Shown piece after piece: positions 18,766 through 26,151 of a stretch of 32,000 nucleotides of DNA. The stretch comes from Candidatus Omnitrophota bacterium (GTDB taxonomy: Bacteria > Omnitrophota > Gorgyraeia > Zapsychrales > JANLHA01), in the NCBI GenBank assembly GCA_963662715.1, contig OY759724.1, positions 480,001-512,000 on the forward strand, written 5' to 3'. Within the stretch, counting starts at the first letter, position 1. Every line of letters starts with the position of its first letter. The notes beneath the pieces were generated by a model, which searched no databases, was not told the origin of the DNA, and was given only the letters and a program-made list of their open reading frames with translations. The position numbers were made by a program, and so were the translations under genes.

Positions 18766-19181
18766 CTCTAGAATTCAACGTTTTAAGATTAATCCAAATA
18801 TCTTCCATGGGAAACCGATTCTGCGAAATCATCCGGTATCAGTTCGTTAATAGTAATATTATTATTTATATATTATATGATAAATGCTCGGATTCTTAAG
18901 CCTTTTATTTATTATTACAGGAACTCCTAAAATGTCCCGGCTTGTCCAAGAAGCCATATTCTTGGCCGTACGAAAAGTACGCCGGGTTAGCCTGTATTGA
19001 ATTTTGATATTATAATAAAGAGGGGACGGGTGTCAAGCCCAAATAGGGGTCTCCGGGCTGCGCTCTCCTCTCCCTGGAATATCTTTCCGGGCCGCCCCAA
19101 CGACAGGGTTTCCCCCGGCAGAATCTGCCTTTCGGGCCCTTTGACGATCTTCTTAAAGAGAGGATATTATCCAAACATTCT

Positions 19182-19814
19182 TCAATGAAAATCGTTACGA
19201 TTCCGATACTCCTGTTGTCTGACAAATAATATCGGAAACACAATATCGCTTAAGCAGCAGGGAATCCACACGGCCAGGAAAAGAAATATAAATATCCCGA
19301 AATAAGACGCGGGATGCGTATGATCAGCGGCCATGAGCATGTGAAAAAGCGAAGCCCAAGTGCTGATAAGCACGTGCCCGGCGTGAGGATATTTCGTTAC
19401 AGGCCGGAAATACGCTAAAAGGATCCCCGCAAAAGCGGCGGAACTGATCAGCCAGCTCTTTTCCAATACCCCGATATGGGCATGCCGGTGCGGCATATCC
19501 AATAATATTTCCCCCCAGAAAGGGATAATGGAGTCGCTCAGCGTGCCGATGCCGACAGAGCCAATATATCCCACGGCTAAAACCTTCCAGATACGAAAGC
19601 CGCGTCTTTTCTCACGCGGTTTGTAGCGGCAAAAAAGCGCTGTCGTCACAACCGCACTTAAAAAAACGTGCAGGGGATGAAAGATATAAAATAAGCGATG
19701 AGAAATTTCATGCGGCATCCCTCGAAACATCATCATCAGAATAATCCCGGTCAATGCCCCGAACAAGGTAAAGGGATAGTGCTCCTTTAATTCATTGAGA
19801 ATTCTTCTTAACAT
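19182..19814 (-). CDS. His-rich polytopic membrane protein, putative metal-ion transporter or metal-binding membrane protein
   Basis: 210 aa with about 6 TM helices and clustered His residues (HPLHVF, MPHRHAHIG, HAGHVLIS, FHMLMAADHTHP). AAGGAGG lies about 9 nt upstream of the ATG. It is 160 nt downstream of a Fur-family gene and on the same strand. Confidence 0.6.
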   Translation of the reverse strand: MLRRILNELKEHYPFTLFGALTGIILMMMFRGMPHEISHRLFYIFHPLHVFLSAVVTTALFCRYKPREKRRGFRIWKVLAVGYIGSVGIGTLSDSIIPFWGEILLDMPHRHAHIGVLEKSWLISSAAFAGILLAYFRPVTKYPHAGHVLISTWASLFHMLMAADHTHPASYFGIFIFLFLAVWIPCCLSDIVFPILFVRQQEYRNRNDFH

Positions 19815-19974
19815 AATAGCCTTTCCTCCTTTTTATGATCCTCTGCCACAAAGCATATATAAATCGACAGACCTTCATCCCGATGACACCCCAGAATAGT
19901 CCGCATAATCCTGTATTCCCGCAGTATTGGCACATAACAAATGGAAATTATTTCTGTTTGATGTTTAAAAATTT

Positions 19975-20391
19975 TTAAACTTTCTGACAGCTGTCGCAAA
20001 TCCCGTCTAACTGCAGAAAATGGTCAACAATCCTGAAGCCATTGACACTTCTCTTGCGAAAAAGATCGCATCCCGCAATCTCTCCGACTTTGCCGCACCG
20101 GATACAGACAATATGATGATGGTGGACCCCGCCTTCAGCATGGCACAGGCCGTAATAACGGTTATTGTCAAACTTATGTATGCGGGTCAAAATCCCATAC
20201 TCTGTTAAAGACTCAAGATTCCGGTAAACGCCCGGCAGGCCGCACTGCCGAAATTTCCGGCGGAGTTTTTCATATACTTTCTCCGGAGTCAAAAACTTAT
20301 TGTTTTTATAAAAGATTTCGATAATAGCGATTCTTTTGGGAGTGCTTTTTAAAGGACAACTTTGAAGTTTTTCAAGATATCTGTCCAGCAT
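19975..20391 (-). CDS. Fur-family metalloregulator (Fur/Zur/PerR type)
   Basis: Winged-helix N-terminus (TPKRIAIIEIFYKN...LTPEKVYEKL), then HHHHIVCIRCGKVGEI (HHxHxxCxxCG) and a C-terminal CDSC. These are the hallmark Fur structural and regulatory metal sites. Confidence 0.85.
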   Translation of the reverse strand: MLDRYLEKLQSCPLKSTPKRIAIIEIFYKNNKFLTPEKVYEKLRRKFRQCGLPGVYRNLESLTEYGILTRIHKFDNNRYYGLCHAEGGVHHHHIVCIRCGKVGEIAGCDLFRKRSVNGFRIVDHFLQLDGICDSCQKV

Positions 20392-20425
20392 AGGACGGCC
20401 ATCCGAATAGAATTTTTTTTTATTT

Positions 20426-20453
20426 ATTATAAACCGAATCGGAGACCTGTCAA
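20426..20453 (-). promoter_or_regulatory. Sigma70-type promoter for the Fur-family gene (TTGACA-N16-TATAAT on the minus strand)
   Basis: Read directly. On the minus strand, TTGACA is at 20453-20448, followed by a 16-nt spacer and TATAAT at 20431-20426, about 35 nt upstream of the ATG at 20391. Confidence 0.5.
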
Positions 20454-20495
20454 GCCTTCCTCCGCAAAGGCTATCGAAGCGATCTTTCCCCTTTT

Positions 20496-21353
20496 TTAAG
20501 GAGTAATTAATTTTAAAGATTTAGGCAGAATCTTAATGTGAACAGACTTATACCTCAAAATCTCCCCGTCGCTTTGAAAATGCTGCTTCGGATCGGATGT
20601 GATTTCGATTTCCCGGACCTGCCAGTGCCTCAGGAAGCCACGAAAAATATTCTTTCTTCCTTCAAAAATATTTTTTAAATCCGTATGATTGATAATAATA
20701 ACGTCCAGCAACCCGTCATCGACCTGAATTTTAGATGATATGGAGATTCCCGGCAAACCCAAATTTCCGCTATTGGCGACAATGCACGCCAGGCCTCTTT
20801 CCTCGTACTCCTTCCCATCTAATGTTAACTGATACAGAGACGGAGTGGTTTTTAACGCCGCTTTTAAACTGTTCAGCGCATAGGCCAGCCACCCGATCCT
20901 GGTCTTGATATCCGGTTTTGTCTCTCTGACAACTTCGGCCTCAAAACCGCTGCTCACTCTTATCAAAAAATACTTGTGCCCCATCTGTCCCACATCAATC
21001 TCCCGGATACGATGCTGGCCCAGGCACAAATTAACCGCTTTCTCAACATCCTGGGCTATTCTTAATTCATTGGAGATCACGTTAGCCGTGCCGCCCGGGA
21101 GAATAAGCAACGGGGTTTTTCCGCCAATCAAGGCTCCAGCGGCTTCCTGGACCGTTCCGTCCCCGCCGTAAATAACGATCACATCCGCGTTTTCAGCAAC
21201 CGAAAGCTTCACAAACCGGGAAACATCCTCTTTGTTTTTAGTGACGTGCACGTCCCAGGACACCTTCTGGCGGGACAACACTTTATTTAAAGTGTAAAGG
21301 ACCGGGTATTTCATGCCCGATGAGGGATTTATGATAATGCTTAACCGTTTCAT
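20496..21353 (-). CDS. DAGK-catalytic-domain lipid kinase (YegS/BmrU/DgkB/sphingosine-kinase fold), copy 2
   Basis: LSIIINPSSG, VIVIYGGDGTVQEAAGAL (GGDGT motif) and LLILPGGTANVISNEL (GT.N motif). 285 aa. Confidence 0.8.
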   Translation of the reverse strand: MKRLSIIINPSSGMKYPVLYTLNKVLSRQKVSWDVHVTKNKEDVSRFVKLSVAENADVIVIYGGDGTVQEAAGALIGGKTPLLILPGGTANVISNELRIAQDVEKAVNLCLGQHRIREIDVGQMGHKYFLIRVSSGFEAEVVRETKPDIKTRIGWLAYALNSLKAALKTTPSLYQLTLDGKEYEERGLACIVANSGNLGLPGISISSKIQVDDGLLDVIIINHTDLKNIFEGRKNIFRGFLRHWQVREIEITSDPKQHFQSDGEILRYKSVHIKILPKSLKLITP

Positions 21354-21475
21354 AAAATATAATAATGTTTTATTTCTAAATCTTTTTCTGACAGCCCACC
21401 TTCAGAATACACCACATCTTTTTTCGGGATCGAAAAAAAGACATCGGGATGCGTTTCGGCTTTATGCCGGCTCTT

Positions 21476-21868
21476 TCAGGCCCGCAGACTCTTATAGGAA
21501 ATAAAAAAGATAATCATAAAAATCAGATCAAAGAATGCAAACGGGACCCAAATCCAGGGCATTTGACCTGCCAGCCAGTGCGGGAATACGACTAAGCAGT
21601 AGGAGAGCTTAATCAGGACAGCATAAATGATAAGACTCCTGTTGGCAAGGGGGTCCCTGGCGATATTAAAAAGCATATAGGCGAAAATGACCAAAATGCA
21701 GGCCGGGAACTGGACATACCCGATATGATTGGGCGGGGGGATCTGTACGGCATGAAAAATGGCCAGCGGCGCAATAAGAAAAGCGGCTCCGAGAATACCG
21801 TCATAAAACGCTGCCACGATATAAAAGGGTTTGATCCATTTAGGGATATTCATATTTTCCTCTTTCAT
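21476..21868 (-). CDS. Small 4-TM membrane protein of unknown function, within the lipid operon
   Basis: 130-aa ORF with four hydrophobic helices, lying between the UbiA-family gene and the second lipid kinase on the same strand. An alternative start at Met6 (21853) has AGAGGA upstream. Confidence 0.55.
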   Translation of the reverse strand: MKEENMNIPKWIKPFYIVAAFYDGILGAAFLIAPLAIFHAVQIPPPNHIGYVQFPACILVIFAYMLFNIARDPLANRSLIIYAVLIKLSYCLVVFPHWLAGQMPWIWVPFAFFDLIFMIIFFISYKSLRA

Positions 21869-21903
21869 TTTTTATTTATAAAATATTGTATCAATTTTTT
21901 CCG

Positions 21904-22875
21904 CTAAGCCAAAGCATCTTTATGAAAATCAAATAACCAGCCAATAAGGACAAAATTGATCAGGTAAAGCATCCCGGAAAGAAACGGATGCAGCAAAGCT
22001 ATAAAACCGGTCTCATAGAGTACCGCGCCCCTGAATGTCCATTTCAGCGAGTAATATGTCTTTTCACCGTGTGCGTTCCGAAAAAACAACACGGCCGTGT
22101 ACTGCATGATCAGAAAAGTCAATACCATCAATCCCGTAAAAAAGGGATTAATACAGCCTTTCCAGGGATCGAAAAAGAACATGAAAACAACAATCCCGAA
22201 GGGAAGGCTGCTCATCATAACGTTCAGATATTTTGCTTTTCCGGGAGACAACTTGACAACAATCGTTTTGATCCCGGCCGCCTTATCCCCCTGATAATCT
22301 TTAAAATACGTATAAAAAGCGACTGCCACATTCATGAGAATCACGCCTAAAGCCAGGACAGCTAACTGAGCATCCGCCATAATTTCCAGCCCTTTTCCGT
22401 TCAAACACATGGCACCGTAATAAAGACACGGCGCAACAAGACAGCCAAAAACAATATTCCCCAGGATAAGAATTCTTTTGGAATATTCATAAACGATATT
22501 GAGGAGAAAAACGAGCACATACAGGGTTAAAGCATATGGATTTAATAGAAGCGTTATTCCGGCCCCCAATACAAATAATCCCGCGCTTATACCCACAGCC
22601 GAACCGACCGGAAGTCGTCCCGTGACAAGCGGCCGGCGGGGCGCATTGATTCTGTCTTCTTTAAGTCCCAACAGATCATTGATGACCTGGTTGACGCCCC
22701 ACCCCACAAAAACGACGGTCAAAACAAGCGCCGTTCTAAAAGGAGTGATCTCTGCCCCGCAGAATGCTATCCCCAGGCACCCTGTCATGCCGGAGATAAA
22801 AAACAAATACGGACGCATGGATTTTATATAATTTAAAATAACACTCCTGGAAAATATCATACTAGACCTTTTCAA
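21904..22875 (-). CDS. UbiA-superfamily prenyltransferase, DGGGP-synthase/chlorophyll-synthase-like subgroup
   Basis: First motif NDLLGLKEDRINAPRRPLVTGRL (compare NDxxDxxxDxxNxPxRPxxSG). Second motif FKDYQGDKAAGIKTIVV (DxxxDxxxGxxT). About 8-9 TM helices. The start overlaps the upstream fusion gene by 14 nt. Confidence 0.85.
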   Translation of the reverse strand: MKRSSMIFSRSVILNYIKSMRPYLFFISGMTGCLGIAFCGAEITPFRTALVLTVVFVGWGVNQVINDLLGLKEDRINAPRRPLVTGRLPVGSAVGISAGLFVLGAGITLLLNPYALTLYVLVFLLNIVYEYSKRILILGNIVFGCLVAPCLYYGAMCLNGKGLEIMADAQLAVLALGVILMNVAVAFYTYFKDYQGDKAAGIKTIVVKLSPGKAKYLNVMMSSLPFGIVVFMFFFDPWKGCINPFFTGLMVLTFLIMQYTAVLFFRNAHGEKTYYSLKWTFRGAVLYETGFIALLHPFLSGMLYLINFVLIGWLFDFHKDALA

Positions 22876-25225
22876 TCAGACGCATTTTTTTATACAGGGG
22901 GACCTCTTCCTTGTTTTGAAACTGCTCCATAAGCTGCAGCGCATCCTCACCCGTTACTGGGAATGCCGTAATCTTCTTCTCTTCTATATACCGGCGTATC
23001 CTGCCATGCTCGGAATTACACAGCCAACTTAGACACGGCTTCTTAAAATGTGCCCTCATACGGTCAAAAATCACAGAAAAAGGCTCCTCTTGAACATTGC
23101 CGCAGGAAACATTTAAAAATTCACAGGGCTGAATTTCTCCGTGAGCGTTCACATAAAAACGCTCGATTCCCCCGGCCGTGCATCCGAAGGCCTCGGGGGA
23201 AGATTCAAAAACCTGCATGGAAAGCGACGGGAAATCCCGAAGCTCCCTGGCCTTGTTCAAACGCCAGTGATCGGCGCAAAGACGGGCGATCAGCTCCCGA
23301 TCCATTAAAGTGTTCCCCCTCCGGAGCCATCCCCCGGCAGGTTTTTCATGAATAACCTGCACAAAACTGCAGCCTAGTTCCCTGCCAAGCTGCAATATCT
23401 TTTTTATGCCGTCATCCATTATCATCTCCCGGGAAGGACAGCAATTGATGACAGCCGTAACACCTGTATCTGCAAATATGCGGATCGCCTTGCAGGCGAT
23501 CCGAAAAGCTCCTTCAAAGCCCACAAACTCATCGTGCTTTTCAGCCTCCCAATGATGCAGGGAGACCATCACTCCGAAAAGTCCGGCCTGCCGGAGACGC
23601 CAGGCCTTTTCATAAGTTAATGTGTGCCCCGTGGTGTTCACCCAGACTTCCCTCTCAGAGTCCAGAGACCCGATGAGTTTTAGCAAACGTTCATATTTTA
23701 ATAAAGGTTCGCCGCCTTCGATATCAAACATACTTATACCGGCATGCTGAATATCACGGGCGAGCCGCAAGAGATCGGCTTCCGGCAGGTCTTCACCGGC
23801 GTCACGTTTTTGATAGCAGTGCCGGCAGTGATACCCGCAGGCTTTTGTCATGGAAAAAACAACTGTTGTCGGATAGGTTGCATCATCGGTGATCAAAAAT
23901 TTATCGATGGCTTTATAAAAAGCCCTGCTTGGAAAAGCCGGAAGATACAAATGTATTTTATAGACATTATTTATTTTTACGGCCTTGTTATACCCGAGGA
24001 CTTTCGAGAGGAGAAGCATTCTTTTAACGAAAAAAGCATACTGTTTCAAGGTTATCGCCCCCTTCAACAAACGGACGAAATACCGCAAAAAAATTGTCAG
24101 GCCCATTGTCACATCTAATAATATGCGGCCGAAACCGACAACAAACTGCTGTTGCAAGGGCCTCTGTCTGTCATAGGGGATTGGCAGGAAACCATTCTGC
24201 CGCCACCAGCGGACTGTTTCTGCGACACCCTGCTCCAGGGACACCGTCTGTTTAAAACCCAAAACATCCCCGGCTCTGGCCGTAGCATAAACATTATGAC
24301 AATAAAACATCTTGACCCGGGCCCGGGTCAAAAGAAAAGGTTCTTTGGCTCCCAGGAGCTTCGCCATAAGTTCCAAAAACACGGCTGAAGGATAAAAGAC
24401 CCACAAAGGGAGATATACCGGCGGTCTTATCCCTAAATTCCGGCAATATAAATTAAAATATTCCCGGATGTTCGGGGCCCGGTCATTACCCATGTTAAAA
24501 ACATGAACCCCGGATAAATCCTTTTCCAAGGCGAGCAGCATGCCCCGGACCAGATCTTTCACATGAATAACGTGAAATCTATTGGTGCGTCCCATCGGCA
24601 TGACCCGCATCCCCTGCAAGACAGCGCGGCAGAATTCATACGGCCCCGAATGAAACTCCCTGGGGCCATAAACCCAGACCGGACGTATCACGACCAAATT
24701 CAAATCACCTTCCCCGGCTATGCCAACGGCTTCCTGCTCCGCCAGCATTTTCGTTTCGCGGTAATAATTCATATCTGACGGAAAAATAGCCGACAGAAAA
24801 TATGGCATGTCCGGCCGGTAAGGGGCTTCTTCCGGCTTGGGCTTTTCTTCATCCTCTTCACCCAAAACAGCAATGCTGCTTACCAAAACAACCTTTTTCA
24901 CTCTTTGCTCCTTGGCCGCACGAACAACATTGCGGGTCCCCTGAACATTGATTTCATGAAAGTCTTTCTTCCGGCCCCAGTCAGAAGCCAAAGCGGCCAC
25001 ATGAAAAACGGCGTCACAGCCGCTCATCGCTTCCGTCACTCCGGCAGAGTCCCTAATATCCCCATAGCAAATTTTGATCTTGTCTACCGGGAGAAACCGC
25101 AGATCACTGCCCGGACGCAGCAGAACCGTCACCTCATATTGACCGGCCACTAAACGGTCCACCAGATGACTGCCGATAAACCCCGAAGCCCCGGTCACAA
25201 AGACTTTCCGTATTCCGCTGTTCAT
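22862..25225 (-). CDS. Fusion protein: N-terminal NAD(P)-dependent extended SDR (epimerase/dehydratase/3beta-HSD-like reductase), hydrophobic linker, C-terminal radical SAM domain with a Cys-rich SPASM/twitch-like extension
   Basis: SDR part: VFVTGASGFIGSHL (residues 8-21) and YRETK (Y155/K159, the YxxxK motif). Radical SAM part: CGYHCRHC = Cx3Cx2C (C463/C467/C470, encoded at 23816-23839), plus DIEGGEPLL. C-terminal part: FGCTAGG...GEIQPCEFLNVSCGNV...PCLSWLC. 787 aa with no internal stop. Confidence 0.85.
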   Translation of the reverse strand: MNSGIRKVFVTGASGFIGSHLVDRLVAGQYEVTVLLRPGSDLRFLPVDKIKICYGDIRDSAGVTEAMSGCDAVFHVAALASDWGRKKDFHEINVQGTRNVVRAAKEQRVKKVVLVSSIAVLGEEDEEKPKPEEAPYRPDMPYFLSAIFPSDMNYYRETKMLAEQEAVGIAGEGDLNLVVIRPVWVYGPREFHSGPYEFCRAVLQGMRVMPMGRTNRFHVIHVKDLVRGMLLALEKDLSGVHVFNMGNDRAPNIREYFNLYCRNLGIRPPVYLPLWVFYPSAVFLELMAKLLGAKEPFLLTRARVKMFYCHNVYATARAGDVLGFKQTVSLEQGVAETVRWWRQNGFLPIPYDRQRPLQQQFVVGFGRILLDVTMGLTIFLRYFVRLLKGAITLKQYAFFVKRMLLLSKVLGYNKAVKINNVYKIHLYLPAFPSRAFYKAIDKFLITDDATYPTTVVFSMTKACGYHCRHCYQKRDAGEDLPEADLLRLARDIQHAGISMFDIEGGEPLLKYERLLKLIGSLDSEREVWVNTTGHTLTYEKAWRLRQAGLFGVMVSLHHWEAEKHDEFVGFEGAFRIACKAIRIFADTGVTAVINCCPSREMIMDDGIKKILQLGRELGCSFVQVIHEKPAGGWLRRGNTLMDRELIARLCADHWRLNKARELRDFPSLSMQVFESSPEAFGCTAGGIERFYVNAHGEIQPCEFLNVSCGNVQEEPFSVIFDRMRAHFKKPCLSWLCNSEHGRIRRYIEEKKITAFPVTGEDALQLMEQFQNKEEVPLYKKMRLIEKV

Positions 25226-26151
25226 GAGACAATCACCTCTAAACTCTTTGGCAGCACCTCAATGGTTGCCGGGAGTTTCCCCCTCATGTCACCGTCGAAT
25301 TCAATAAAGACGTCCTCCCGCTCCGAACAAACTTCAACCTTTCGGCCATAACGCATGCCCGCATGTTTGTACTCCATGAAATCACCGACATACAGTTTAG
25401 GGACGTTCGCAAGCAATGAAAACAAGCTGCCTTTTCTTAATGAGAACAAAAAAAGCTTCCCGTCATCAGGAAGCACATCACTAAAGACTCTCATCCCGGA
25501 AGCCAGATACGGATCTTTACCGACGGTTAAATTGATTAAAGATGTGAAGTCCGTCTTTTCTCCGTCTATTTTCACTTTCAAATCAACACCCTGAAAATTC
25601 CAGACAGCTGTTAAGGAAGACACCAGCGTCCCCAGAAAATCCCCCAGGTATTTTCTATAACGTGAATTGGCCTTACCGGCGATATGCGGCCCAAGCCCCA
25701 CGTTGACGCTGCTGCCGAAATAAAACACTCTTTCGTCTCCGGCCAGGTCCCGGAAAGAGACTTTGCCCACATCAACGCTCCGGGTTCTGCCGGCCAACAA
25801 GGCTTCAAGGGCCTCATCAAGGCGGACAGGGATATGACAATACCGGTTAAAGTCAGGACTTGTTCCGACGTGCAGTACGCCCAATGTCCTGGACGCGGCC
25901 GGGCTGTTCTGCCGCAGGCCCGTTATCACTTCACAGATCGTGCCGTCACCTCCGACAGCCACCACCACATCATAATCCCTTTCCCCGGCCTGCCGTGATA
26001 TATCGACGGCTTCATCCTTTCTCGAAGTCATCTGATAATCAAAATCAACCTTCCGGAGCTTCATTTCGGAAATAATCCGCCGGCACTGTTTATACGCACC
26101 GCCTGATCTGGCCGTCGGGTTCATAACCAAAAAATACTTCAACGGAGCCAT
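25222..26151 (-). CDS. DAGK-catalytic-domain lipid kinase (sphingosine/ceramide/diacylglycerol kinase fold), copy 1
   Basis: FLVMNPTARSG, VVVAVGGDGTICEVITGL (GGDGT) and LGVLHVGTSPDFNRY (GT..DF). It overlaps the upstream AOS gene by 13 nt and the downstream fusion gene by 4 nt (ATGA). Confidence 0.8.
   Translation of the reverse strand: MAPLKYFLVMNPTARSGGAYKQCRRIISEMKLRKVDFDYQMTSRKDEAVDISRQAGERDYDVVVAVGGDGTICEVITGLRQNSPAASRTLGVLHVGTSPDFNRYCHIPVRLDEALEALLAGRTRSVDVGKVSFRDLAGDERVFYFGSSVNVGLGPHIAGKANSRYRKYLGDFLGTLVSSLTAVWNFQGVDLKVKIDGEKTDFTSLINLTVGKDPYLASGMRVFSDVLPDDGKLFLFSLRKGSLFSLLANVPKLYVGDFMEYKHAGMRYGRKVEVCSEREDVFIEFDGDMRGKLPATIEVLPKSLEVIVS

Noticed and set aside
19815-19974. A Fur/Zur box upstream of the His-rich membrane protein (AATAATTTCCATTTGTTAT).
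   Set aside because: The segment is AT-rich but not palindromic, and it does not match the 19-bp Fur box or the Zur boxes I know.
5146-25225. A hopanoid interpretation: MMPL as HpnN, the SDR as HpnA, the radical SAM as HpnH/HpnJ and the GT2 as HpnB/I.
   Set aside because: No squalene-hopene cyclase or hpnCDE-type genes are in the window. The genes are about 15 kb apart in unrelated operons. The AOS and DAGK-fold kinases do not fit hopanoid chemistry.
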